Counted from the stretch's first letter, positions 13,250-26,600 are shown. The stretch is DNA of 64,000 bases from Macrostomum lignano (GCA_002269645.1 NIVC01000280.1:496001-560000); one strand, 5' to 3'. The notes: generated from the letters alone by a model not told the origin. Numbers and translations are program-made.

Positions 13250-14400
13250 ATACTAATCTAATGGGTTCATTGACAGCTCTGCGGCGCTGCTCTCTCTGCA
13301 CCGCATGCCCCGATGTCCGCAGGGCTGCGAGAGCCGTGGGTGTTGGAGACGCCCCAGCCTACGAAAGAGTGCCACATGTATGTTGGCCGGCCGTCGAGTC
13401 CGTCCGAAGCTCGTCGTGGTCGACTGGACGGACAGCGTGGCCTCTCGAGCAGTCGTACAGGATGTGCTGCTCGGTGTCCAGGTCCCTGCAGTCCGGGCAC
13501 GAGGCGGAGTCGGACAGACCGAGCCGGAATCCGAGAGCTGGTTGACCAGGACACCCAGTCTGTCTCGATGCTGCAGCCCCAGAGATCGAAGTTGCGAAGG
13601 TGCCGGAGATGTGCGCTGGACGTCGTAAGTGGTACATCCTTGGTGTTCTGTTCGGCGATGGTATCCGTGAAACAGTGCTGCTGTCTCAGTGGGCGGTTGC
13701 GGCACGCGGCGACGTCAAGGAGCTCATGTTCACGGTCAATTAGCAATCTGTCATACTGGACGGCCTCCCTGGTGAGCACCTTAGCTACACCACGCCCGGT
13801 CGTTCTAGTCTTGATTTTTGAGATATGGTGATGCTGGGCAGCTGGACCCCGGTCCTGGTCCGACTTCAGGTCCGGCTTGCAGTTCCGCCTAGTCGGACGG
13901 ACACGGAAGGCCGTGCAGCCGCTGCGGGACCCACAGCACCAGTTTTTACGGTAACCGGGAAATCTAAGGCGGCAGCGTAAGTTACTGACACGGTGCTGGG
14001 TCCCGCCAGCGCTAGCGGCAGGAGGGGCGAGCAGGTTGGGAGAGTACTGAGGCGCTTCGGCGTCAGCATGGCCAGCGTACGAGCGTACGGTACGCCGTCT
14101 ATCCCAGCTGCAAGCATACACCCTCTGAGTGGATTATATTCTTCATTGCTTTTTAGTTTCGTTTCCTGTAGAAGAACCGCGACAGAGCGCAACGTTGCGA
14201 GCCTGTGGGCCAGCTCTGTCTGGCGGCTTTTAGTCGCATTGCAGTTGAACTGCACCAGGAGCTCTTGGTTCGGCTCAACGTTGCGCGATGGGTGGCTCGG
14301 CTCTCGGGATCGTCTCCTGAGCGTTCGTCGACGTTGTGCGAATGGATTTGGACGTCGCTGCTTCCTCTACAGAGGCGCACGATTAATAGAAGTTTGTCAA
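13250..14400 (-). mobile_element. Internally deleted, degenerate non-LTR retrotransposon (APE N-terminus plus C-terminal CCHC, no RT)
   Basis: VQFNCNATK...VLLQETKL resembles the start of an APE endonuclease. FRLGLSDSASCPDCRDLDTEQHILYDC is a C-terminal Cx2C...H...C knuckle. The pieces are frameshifted and only about 1.1 kb long; a short ATTAG repeat lies at the 3' end. Confidence 0.7.
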
Positions 14401-14481
14401 AGACGTTGACAGGCGCGACGTGTCTGCTTTTTTCGCAACTCTTTCGTTGGATTGGTGGTGGTTCTTTACTTTAAAGTTTTT

Positions 14482-15260
14482 GCTACTGCCACCTGTACTG
14501 TTGTTGCTACTGCTACTGCTACTGCTACTGCTACTGCTACTGCTGTTGCTACTGCTACTGCTACTGCTACTGCTACCGGTACTGTTGTTGCTACTGCTAC
14601 TGCTACCGGTACTGTTGTTGCTACTGCTACTGCTACTGCTACCGGTACTGTTGTTGCTACTGCTACTGCTACTGCTACTGCTACCGGTACTGTTGTTGCT
14701 ACTGCTACTGCTACCGGTACTGTTGTTGCTACTGCTACTGCTACCGGTACTGTTGTTGCTACTGCTACTGCTACCGGTACTGTTGTTGCTACTGCTACTG
14801 CTACCGGTACTGTTGTTGCTACTGCTACTGCTACGACTACTGCTACTGCTACTGCTACGACTACTGCTACTGCTACTGCTACTGCTACTGCTACCGATAC
14901 TGTTGTTGCTACTACTACTGCTACTGCTACTGCTACTGCTACCGATACTGTTGTTGCTACTGCTACTGCTACGACTACTGCTACCGGTACTGTTGTTGCT
15001 ACTGCTACTACTACCGGTACTGTTGTTGCTACTGCTACTGCTACGACTACTGCTACTGCTACTGCTACGACTACTGCTACTGCTACTGCTACTGCTACTG
15101 CTACCGATACTGTTGTTGCTACTACTACTGCTACTGCTACTGCTACTGCTACCGATACTGTTGTTGCTACTGCTACTGCTACTGCTACTGCTACTGCTAC
15201 CGATACTGTTGTTGCTACTGCTACTGCTACTGCTACGACTACTGCTACTGCTACTGCTGC
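14482..15260. repeat. (GCTACT)n microsatellite with interspersed ACCG(G/A)TACTGTTGTT units
   Basis: Direct observation; it produces the poly-Leu, poly-Ser and poly-TA ORFs. Confidence 0.96.
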
Positions 15261-15969
15261 TTGCGCTAGGCAACCAGGTAGAGCTCAGATGGATCCCGGG
15301 CCACGCCGGCTTCCTCGGCAACGAGCGCGCCGACATGCTGGCTAAGGCTGGCTCCGCCGGCGCGCTGCTGGGGCCGGGCCCGGGGGCCCCCATCTCCGCC
15401 TCGGTGATCAACTCCCGCGTTAAGCGCTGGACTGACTCCGAGCATCTCCGCAGGTGGCACGACACCCGGAATTGCAGGCAATCCCGTGCGGCCGTCCCCT
15501 GCCCCTCTCCTCTCCTGCGTAGAGCCCTCCTCAGGCTCAGAGCAGTCAGCACGGCCCTCTCCGGGCATGGCTGCTTCTCTCGCCACCGCTTCCTTCAGGG
15601 CCAAGTACCCGAGGAGCGGTGCCCCTTCTGCCGCTCAGGCAGTGAAAACGCCGAGCATTTTATCTGCCACTGCCCGGTTTTCACCAGGGCCAGGCTCACT
15701 CACCTCGGGCCAAACCCGGTTCTCTCCGACATTTGCAGGCCCGAGAGCATCCCGCTGCTCGCCCGGTACCTCAGGGACACGGGACGAGCTGAGTTCTTCC
15801 GCACCGCTGATGAGGAGGACCGCGCTGCAGGCGAGACCGACGGTTCCCCCTGAGCGACATCACTTCAATGGAAGTCATTGGTCGCCAGGGGCTAGCGGAA
15901 TGGGCGGTCTCCTCCGCCTCCTCGCTGCATCCGCCGGACGCCCCCTGCAGCGCGCTAAGTCAAATCAAA
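15261..15969 (+). mobile_element. 5'-truncated non-LTR retrotransposon 3' end (RNase H C-terminal half plus CCHC), I-group/LOA-like, 11-bp TSD
   Basis: LRWIPGHAGFLGNERADMLAK (RNase H) and CPFC...EHFICHC; stop at 15853; tail AAGTCAAATCAAA. TSD GCTACTGCTGC at 15250-15260 and 15970-15980. Confidence 0.9.
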
Positions 15970-18900
15970 GCTACTGCTGCTGCACTTTTACACTCTGGAC
16001 AATTGTCTGCTAATAGGCTGCCAATCAAACAGTCACTGAGGTCTTGGGTGTTTTTATGCTTCTCAAACCAAGTTCCCAGTCCCAGCCGTTGCAAGAGTTC
16101 TGTGCTGCACTTTCCTCTGGCAGGTGAGCCATGCACCTGCATGCGTGGCCCCGCAACAAGAAAATGAGTGCGTGACTAAACAATCGCATGTTAGAAATCT
16201 TCCAAAAGATCTAGAAACTTTTCGGGGTGCGTTAGTTCGTATTCTAGTAGAAAATCACGTAAAAGTTTTTCTTCACAATAACCATATTTCACTTGAGTCA
16301 CTTGACAGTACCGTCCTAAGCCGTGCTTTGGTGAATTAGTTGATATTTACCTGTTCACCTCAGCCTTAAAAAGCGTTTCTGTAAAGCCTTTTCTTCACCA
16401 TAGATAATTGAGCCTTCAACAAAAGCTTGAACTGCTTTATTGAATAAGATGCTAAGGCCATCCATTACACGGTAGTGTTGCTTTTGTCAGCCAAGTTGCT
16501 TGTTGAGCCAACCAAGTTAGTTGATAATTGTCATGGAAGTTGACATTAAAGCATGATTTCTATGAGACGAGGCTGCTGCTGGCATCCATTTTTGTGCTGA
16601 TATTCATGGCCGAATTGTCAGCATGCCTTTTTATCATTTATTTATACATAAGCAGTCACTTCATAGCAAATTCCAGGTTAGTCAAAGAAAAGGTCAGCCT
16701 TCGAATGCAGCGAATGCATGCGAGAACAGTTACATGTAATTTGCAATGTTGATGCTGTAAAATCCAACGACCTACCCAAATCGGATTCCGCGATGGATTC
16801 TAATCTGCTGTTATAATCAGCTGAAGACGCGGCCAGCCGTCAGCTTCTATGCAGGAACAAATTCTCCCCCCCCCACCCCCACCCCCTTATCCATCCTCTT
16901 GCAGCAACAGGAGATCCGCCGGTTTAAATGAATTGGGCCCATTAACTATGAAGTACTTTCGACGAGAAGGGCAGTTAGTAGCAGCCTAGTAAGTACAAAG
17001 CGGTCAATATACCTATGCATTAGGCATACAGCTACATTTCCTATACAGTCTTGCAGGCAATAATACAACACAGGCGGTATCAGAACCGCGTGCTAGCAGC
17101 AAAGCATGCGCGCGCAGATTTCGATGTTGCAACATCGAATGTAAGCTAGGTTGCCGGGTGCTAAGTGAATGGCCCTATCGAGAGAAATGGGCACTTTATT
17201 AAGGCTTATTACTTTTGATATCAGCAGTTAACTCTGTAGATATAAATCGTAAAATTAAGATATTTTCGTGTGGCCGTGCAACTTCAACAAGCTTAATAAA
17301 ATCTGCTTAAATTATACTTTTTTATAGGTAGACTATTTGTTATTATTTGTTTCCCACTCGCACCCAAAGATTATGCAGAAGCTCCGGGTGCAGTGTATGT
17401 ATATGTATGAATCATATAGGGCAGCTTTCGTTGCTTACGAAAATTATGTTGCAATTTATTGCGGTTTGTTAATGTAGGGTTTTCATGTACTTTTCGGTGC
17501 CTATGCTTTTCGGTACCCGGAATTTCGGTACTGCCTCCGGTCTGCCAAAATATTTCTAATGCTGTTTACTACGATATATAACTACTAAGTTCCGTGCAGT
17601 GCAGTTGACTCAGACCTCCATTTTCACCCAGGAGACAAATTTTTCTCTTTGTCCTTTAGCGTTTGCTTGAACGTTTCAAAGCCCCATCGAAAATCGCCTA
17701 GTCAAGAAAGGAGTGAAGGCAGTTTTTTTTCTATTTCAATATTTAAAATTTATAATTTAGGATTGCAAACGTTGCGCCATATAAAAAAGAACATGAATCG
17801 AATTAAAAAGTTATAAAGTTAATTGATCTTTGCATCTATCGTTTAAACATTTATGAATGTTAAAGTCTGATATAATAAATTCTAATTTTTAATTTACTCT
17901 CAAATTAACTATTTGTATTTCATATTTGTTGTATCAAGGTCCATCGAAATTTGTATTAATAGTAAATTCAAATTTATTCCCAATTAAAATTTTCCACCTA
18001 ATCAAATCAAATCACGCCGCTCCCACCACCATCATCATCATCATTTGCTGCTGCTGCATTATTATTGAATGCTAGACTGGGATGTGGATGCGATGCATAT
18101 ATTCCTTGTTTTAATAAATATTTAAGTTAAAACTATATACAAATGTCTGCAATGCAAATTTTATTTATCTGTTTTGTTGTTGTTTAAAAAACCTATATCT
18201 ATACCTTTTTTCAACTTTAATAATATATCATTTTAATATGTATAAACAATAAAAATACTATATTAATCACAGTGAAATATTGAATAGGTTAGGGTAGGCC
18301 TATGGCTAACTCTGTATTAAAAATAAACAAGGTTTTTGGAAGTATATGGAGTATGACATTACCTAGCAATTGAAGCATTAGTATTCTGTATTGTCATCAT
18401 ATCACTACTGACTACTGCTACTGCTCTAATACTGATTATTCATAACAATTATTATGAGCAAATTTCATTTTGACAGATTATTGATATTCAAAAGATATTT
18501 TGAAGTACAAAGAAACAAGTTATTTAATAATAAGTATTCAATAACTTAAATTAATTTTAATCAAATGTGAGTTAGGTAACCAGTTTTATCTTATATATTC
18601 TATGCATAAAAGATAATATAATTTTTAGAGAGATAATTAAAACTTTATTATTATGCTTTTATGTCATGTGACATAACAAAAATTATTATTCTAATTTTAA
18701 GGTACTAAAGTATTGATATCCCTTTTATAATAAACTCAACTTAGATTTAATTTAACAAATAGCCTTTTCTACATATAATAAAGGTTATATAATAGCTTTC
18801 AGCTTAATTAAAATAAAAGTTATAAATAATATAGGATACAAAATTTTATTCTTTTATTTTAAAATGTTAAGATTATCATACTCTGTCATTTGTCTTGAAT

Positions 18901-20021
18901 TTTTATGTCTTTGTAACTTATATATTACTATTCTAGTTTATTTTCCAGTAAAATAATGAATAATACACTATACTACTTATATCAAGTGGCCATTTAAACA
19001 ATCAATATTAAAAGTCTAAACCATGACCTTTTTTATTCATGTACCATGTTTGAAGGTCAATTTTTATAGCACAAAAATTTCTGTTTTTGAAGTGACTTTT
19101 AAAATGTAAGTGTCTTTTTGACAATTTTCACTTTCTAGCAAATACTTGTAGTGATTCCATAATAGTAGTATAGTACAATCTTACTTGACTCTAAATAGCT
19201 TGGCCCTGTTTGACTTTAATTGACTCTCCTATACCAATCACGATCCCTGATCCCTATCCCAGATCCCAATCCCAGATACCAATCCCAGATCCCGATCCAA
19301 GACCTGGCAGCTATTTGCATAGTATCCCTATCGCCATCCCAACCGTTACCAGGGACGCAACGCCCCCCAGCGGCCGCAGCTCAGTCGGCTATCGCAGTCT
19401 GACATCGGCCGGTCCTGGCGACTCTGGCGAGTGTCAGTCTCCCACAGCTGCTGCAGTCTCTAACGTGAGTTTTTAATCTCGATTTAATGACTTCCCAGCA
19501 TCACCACTAGCAGTAGTATCACTGAAACCTACGCTACAATTTGCACACTAATATTGGACTTGGCAAACCTCTGCTGCCTGATAAAATGATGCGCTATCTT
19601 TTTCTGATATCTGCTCCGGCCTGCCTTTCACTTTAAAGTGCAGGGCACTCAGCGCCTTTGACCTCCGATGCCTCCCCTCCCTGTGCACAGAAAGTGTCCG
19701 TTGGACTCGACTGGTTCGGCTTATCACTGCGCAGCTCTCCTCCGGCTCACGTGTGGAGCCACCCGAGTCCCCACCCTCGCGCACTCTGCGTGCTGAATCA
19801 TGACCTTGGAAATTCTGAATTTCTTTATTGCGCGCTTTAAGAGAGCTTAGGTGGCCAATTCGTATTTAAATCTGGTTAGAGCAGAATGGTCTGCCTGTGC
19901 CTGTGCCTGGTTTTTCACTTCTGTGCAATTGGAAACTAGTGGAGAACAGCCTGGTTTAAGCATATTGTTTAAAGCCTGACCCCGTCCGACTTTGATCCAC
20001 TGTCGGACAGCGCGCGCGTTC

Positions 20022-20198
20022 ATGTCTTCATCGCGAACTGTGAAGTACGGCTCGCTTGAGTCGGCCAATCGGGTGTCCTTGGTGTCCTTTAGCAAGGAGG
20101 AGGATGCTGTGGATATTGGCGTGGCTGGGGACAGCTCGGCACTGGCGAACCGGGCCTCACTAACTAGCGTGAGCTGTCTGTCTGTCTGTCTATCTTAG

Positions 20199-20267
<69 letters not shown>

Positions 20268-20270
20268 TAG

Positions 20271-20311
<41 letters not shown>

Positions 20312-20346
20312 TAGTGTCTGTCTGTCTGTCTGTCTGTCTGTCTTAG

Positions 20347-20383
<37 letters not shown>

Positions 20384-20386
20384 TAG

Positions 20387-20443
<57 letters not shown>

Positions 20444-20478
20444 TAGTGTCTGTCTGTCTTAGTGTCTGTCTGTCTTAG

Positions 20479-20535
<57 letters not shown>

Positions 20536-20555
20536 GGCATTAGTGTCTTTTGATT

Positions 20556-20608
<53 letters not shown>

Positions 20609-23600
20609 GTGTCTGTGTGTCTGTCTGTCTGTCTGGTTATAAGGAACCCTTGGGTACCTTATAACCTAATTATTGTCTTTTTTGCTGCAGAAGTACCAGT
20701 CGCGAAAGAATGGTTTTCAGTTTCTTTAACTGACAGTGTCCATTCAAATGCAGGCTAGAAGTGCAAGGCAAACTTATTTTTTTTACTGGCAAGCCGCTTT
20801 CTATTTATGTCTGTTTAATATTAACTCTTACTGTTGCTAATTAACAATTATCGGCTCGTACAGGTGGGCCAGTACCTGCGCGACCAGCTGCCCAAGCCGG
20901 CCGCTCGGCGCACGGACAATCGGCCCCTGCTGTCAGAGAGTCAGGCCTCGCTTGGCGCCGCCTCTCGCGTCCTGTTAGGGGAACGCAGCGGCGCCGACGA
21001 CGGCCCCAACAGCGTGGGCGGCGGCAACGGCGCCAATCGAGACGTCTTGGGAGATCACGTGATCGGCGACGGCGGCTGCTATAGTCGGGATTTAGCCTCT
21101 TCGACTGGGGAACTGGCTGGCGGCGCGTACTACAGGCGCAGCAGCTGCAGCGGCGGCTCGGCCTACTCCGGCCGATCGAGAGCCGGAAGCGCCAGGGGAT
21201 CGGTTATCAGCTTCCGGGATGTCGGATACGAAGTGTCCGTTAAGCGGTTTCCTTGGAGTCGGCCGGTGAGGAAGGTTGTCCTGACAGACGTTAGGTGAGT
21301 TTTGATTGGTTGGGGGGCAGAAAGTAGTGGAGGTTTAGGTGGGTGCGGGGAACCAATCAGCGAGTAGCTGAGTGTGGGTTAGGTGCGTGGAACCAATCAG
21401 CGAGTAGCTGAGTGTGGGTTGGGTGCGGGGAACCAATCAGCGAGTAGTGGAGGTTGGGTTGGGTGCGGGGAACCAATCAGCCAGTAGTGGAGGTTGGGAT
21501 GGGTGCGAAGAACCAATCAGCGAGTAGTGGATGTTGGGTTGGGTGCGGGGAACCAATCAGTGAGTAGTGGAGGTTGGGGTGGTTTCGGGGAACCAATCAG
21601 CGAGTAGTGGAGGTTTGGGTTGGGTGTAGGGGAACCAATCAGCGAGTAGTGGAGGTTTGGGTTGGGTGTAGGGGAACCAATCAGCGAGTAGTGGAGGTTT
21701 GGGTTGGGTGTAGGGGAACCAATCAGCGAGTAGTGGATGTTGGGTTGGGTGTAGGGGAACCAATCAGCCAGTAGTGGATGTTGGGTTGGGTGAGGGGAAC
21801 CGATCGGCGAGTAGTGGAGGTTGGGGTTGGTGCGGGGAACCAATCAGCGAGTGGGAAGGTCGGGGTAAGTGCATGCGCGAACTACCCAACAAGACTTGAA
21901 CCTTCCGCAGCGGGCTGATGCGGCCGGGCCTGAACGCCATCATGGGCCCCACCGGGTGCGGCAAGACCAGCCTGCTCGACGTGCTGGCCTGCCGCAAGGA
22001 CCCCCGCTGCGTCACCGGCCGCGTGCTGATTGACGGCCAAAGTCCGCCGGACAATTTCAAGCGGGTGTCAGGCTACGTTGTTCAAGACGACATCGTGATG
22101 GGCACGCTGACTGTTCGAGAGAATTTGTACTTCTCTGCGTCTGTTCGGCTGCCGGGCAATTGGACTCGGAGGAGCGAATGCAGAAAGTGAGGGGGGGGCT
22201 TTTCTGCGGAGCTGTTTGAATTTTGGAGTAATGAGATGGTTTTAAAATAAATTCAGGCCATTCTACGCAATCGGGATTTCTATGAAATTTATGGATACTA
22301 GGAATTGGGTGTACGATGATAGAAGTAGGAAATTCCGGGATTCCATGAAGTTAAGTATTCTAGAAAATAAGGGATTGTAGGAAATCCGAATTCTGGAAAG
22401 CGGAGATTCTACGAAATCAAGTATTCTAAGAAATTATAGATTCTAGGAAACCCGAAATCCTGGAAATCGGATATTCAAGGAAATCAGAGATTGACATAAA
22501 TCAGAGATTCTAGGAAATCAGAGATTCTAGGAAATCAGAGATTCTAGGAAATCAGAGAGTCTAGGAAATCAGAGAGTCTAGGAAATCAAAGACTCTAGGA
22601 AATCAGAGATTCTAGGGAATCAGAGATTCTAGGAAATCAGAGATTCTAGGAAATCAGAGAGTCTAGGAAATCAAAGACTCTAGGAAATCAGAGATTCTAG
22701 GAAATCAGAGATTCTAGGGAATCAGAGATTCTAGGAAATCAGAGATTCTAGGAAATCAGAGATTCTAGGAAATCAGAGATTCTAGGAAATCAGAGATTCT
22801 AGGAAATCAGAGACTCTAGGAAATCAGAGAGTCTAGGAAATCAGAGATTCTAAAGAAATCAGAGATTCTAAAGAAATCAGAGATTCTAAGAAATCAAAGA
22901 CTCTAGGAAATCAGAGATTCTAGGAAATCAGAGATTCTAGGAAATCAGAGATTCTAAAGAAATCAGAGATTGTAGGAGATCAGAGATTCTAAAAAACAGG
23001 ATTTCCTGGAAATCGGATATTCTAATCAATCAGGGATTCAAAGAAATCGAAATTCCAGGAAATCGGAGTTTCTAGGAAATCAGAGATTCTAGGAAATCAG
23101 AGAGGCTAGGAAATCAGAGATTCTAAGAAATCTGGGATTTTAAGAAATCTGGGATTTTAGGAAATTCATTTATCTAGAAATTTAGGGAGTCAGTTAAACC
23201 AGATATTCTATGAAATCAGAATTTCAATAAATTTTAGTATTGTAGGAAATTATGGATGCTAATGTTTTAATGATTCTATGAAACTGATTCTTGGCAGCGG
23301 GGAGCAGTGGAATTTAACTAAAATGTTAGAATTGCAATGGAGCAGCTGTCGCGCCTCCCGGTTGCCAGGTAGAGGCGGTGATAGCGGAGCTGGGCCTAGC
23401 CAAGGTGGCGGACTCCAAGATCGGCACTGAGCTTATCCGGGGCGTCTCAGGTGGTGAGCGCAAGCGGACCAACATCGGCATGGAGCTGATCACGGACCCC
23501 AGCGTGCTGTTCCTGGACGAGCCGACCACCGGATTGGACGCCTTCACGGCCGGCTCGGTAATTCGAACGATGCGCAGCCTGGCTAACCGGGGCCGCACCG

Positions 23601-26600
23601 TTGTGTTCTCCATTCACCAGCCCAAGTACTCCATCTACCGGCTGTTCAGCTACCTCACTCTGCTGGTTAACGGCCAGGTTATCTACCACGGCAGGGCCGG
23701 CAGCGCTCCGTTGAAGTATTTTAAAGACCTGGGTGAGTGCTACCTGCGACTGATGTTGTTCCAAGTCTGTGTGTCTTTGTTCTTATTGATTTCTCGTGGC
23801 TTTTTGGACTTAACGTGTGATAACTCTGCTCTCGTGTGTTTATTCTGATTTTGCGTGTGTTTATTCTGATTTAGCATGTGTTTGTTCTAATTTTGTGTGT
23901 TTTTTCTGAGTTTGTGTGTGTTTGTCCTGATTTTGTGTGTGTTTTTCTGAGGTTGTGTGTCTTTATTCTGAGTTTGTGTGTGTTTTTTTCTGATTTTGTG
24001 TGTGTTTATTCTGATTTATGTTTTTTTCTGAGTTTGTGTATGTTTCTTCTGATTTTTTGTGTGTTTATCCTGATTTTGTGTGTGTTTATTCTGATTTATG
24101 TGTTTATCCTGATTTTGTGTGTGTTTTTCTGAGTTTGTGTGTGTTTATTCTAATTTTGTGTGTCTTTATTTTGAGTCTGTGTATGTTTTTTTCTGATTTT
24201 TTGTGTTTATTCTGATTTATGTTTCTTTCTGAGTTTGTGTATGTTTCTTCTGATTTTTGGTGTGTTTGTTCTGATTTTGTGTGTGTTTATTGTTGTTTTA
24301 TGTGTTTTTTAGTTTGTGTGTGTTTATTCTGATTTGTGTGTCTACTATGAATGTTTTTTCTGAGTTTGTTTGTGTTTATTCTGATTTATGCTTTTTTAGT
24401 TTGTGTGTGTTTATTCTGATTTTCTGTGTGTTTATCCTGACTTTGTGTGTGTTTATTGTTGTTTTATGTCTTTTTTAGTTTATTTGTGTTTATTCTGATT
24501 TATGTGTTTTAGTTTGTGTGTGTTTATTCTGATTTTCTGTGTGTTTATCCTGATTTTCTGTGTGTTTATTGTTGTTTTATGTGTGTTTATTCTGATTTTG
24601 TGTGTGTTTATTCTAATTTTGTGTGTCTTTATTTTGAGTTTGTGTATGTTTTTTTCTGATTTTTTGTGTTTATTCTGATTTATGTTTCTTTCTGAGTTTG
24701 TGTATGTTTCTTCTGATTTTTGGTGTGTTTGTTCTGATTTTGTGTATGTTTATTGTTGTTTTGTGTTTTTTCTGAGTTTGTTTGTGTTTATTCTGATTTA
24801 TGTTTTTTTTCTGAGTTTGTGTATTTTTCTTCTGATTTTCTGTGTGTTTATCCTGATTTTGTGTGTCTTTATTGTTGTTTTATGTGTGTTTTTTCAGTTT
24901 ATGTGTGTTTATTCTGATTTTGTGTGTGTTTATCCTGATTTTGTGTGTGTTTATTCTAATTTTGTGTGTGTTTTTCTGAGGTTGTGTGTCTTTATTCTGA
25001 GTTTGTGTGTGTTTATTCTGATTTATGTTTTTTTCTGAGTTTGTGTATGTTTCTTCTGATTTTTTTGTGTTTGTTCTGATTTTGTGTGTGTTTATTGTTG
25101 TTTTATGTGTTTTTTTAGTTTGTGTGTGTTTATTCTGATTTGTGTGTCTACTCTGAATGTAAAGTGAGTTTATTTGGCTTTCAAGTGTATTTACTCTGAT
25201 GTGTGATGATTACTCTGATTGTTTGTGTCTTTGTATTCCTACCTCGTGTCTTTGCTCCCATTTCCGAATGTCTTTCTCCAGCACTATTTTCGGCAAGTCT
25301 TTGTCAATTGCCGCTTACCCAGGCTACATCTGCGACACGCACAACAGCCCGCCCGACTTCTTCATGGACATGGTGCACGGCGAGCTGCCGGCCGGAGCCG
25401 CTGGCGGGCAGGCGCTGGATCAGGCCGATCCGCTCGATGATGAAGATGGTGAGGCAACGGTCTCGCTGTCCCAGTGTGCATGCAAATCTTCCCGTTGCAA
25501 CCCGTATAGCCGTGAACCTCGCTTTTTTAGTTTAAAAATTGAGAATTTAACCATTTTAAAGAAAATATACCACATTTTTGTACTGCCTACTGTCAGTAGT
25601 TTTCTCTAGAATAAATATAAGAGGAGAAACCACTCGTAGATTAATTGCTAGTCAAAACTAAACAGTATTCGTAGACGATCCGGAATTTCTGTGCGACAGC
25701 ATCGAATTCGAATCAGCAGGTGAGAACTGATTTGGCTCGGTGCCAAACTCCCCACCTTGTTAGTTTTGCAGTTTTTTCTTTGTGTTTTCATGTGGCATGC
25801 ATCAAATTTGTTCATTTTCGATTTGTTTGCTTTATCTTACTCAGTGCTGCAGCTGGACCCGTCCGCCGCTGTTCGGTTCAACTTTGGGTATCTATTTGGT
25901 GTCGTTTAATTTAACTTGATAGTGTATCAATGAACCCGAATTGGCTCAGTTAATGGTTCATAGTAGCGTATTGAAGCTAATCAATATTTCTGAGAACTGT
26001 CGCGCGCAATATCCTGTTTGTTAAGCGTGTTTTAAGCAGTGAGTGTGTCACTATACCCGTCACGGCTGCCTTGCCGCTTGGTTTTCCACTATGCACTTCA
26101 ATCTTGCCTGCGTCGCATACTGTTTGGGGACAGTCGCCGTTAGGTGACTTACATCAAAAGATATTTATGGGTCTCGCTAGGCGGCTTACATCAAATGATT
26201 TTTATGGGTCTCGCTAGGCGGCCTACATCAAATGATTTTTATGGGTCTCGCTAGGCGGCTCACATCAAATGATTTTTATGGGTCTCGCTAGGCGGCTCAC
26301 ATCAAAGGATTTTTATGGGTCTCGCTAGGCGGCTCACATCAAAGGATTTTTATGGGTCTCGCTAGGCGGCTTACATCAAATAATTTTTATGGGTCTCGCT
26401 AGGCGGCTCACATCAAAGGATTTTTATGGGTCTCACTAGGCGGCTCACATCAAAGGATTTTTATGGGTCTCGCTAGGCGGCTCACATCAAAGGATTTTTA
26501 TGGGTCTCGCTAGGCGGCTCATCAAAGGATTTTTGTTGGTTTTGTTAGGCGGCTCACATCAAAGGATTTTACTGATCCGTTTAATAGCTCATTTTGGACG

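Noticed and set aside
14420-15853. 477-aa ORF with poly-Leu fused to RNase H
   Set aside because: It is a chance in-frame fusion of the (GCTACT)n array with a truncated LINE; the TSD marks the junction.
86-20765. 21-nt near-identical dispersed match CAAATGCA(A/G)GCTAGAAGTGCA at 86-106 and 20745-20765
   Set aside because: The flanks do not align, and one such match is marginal for chance in 64 kb.
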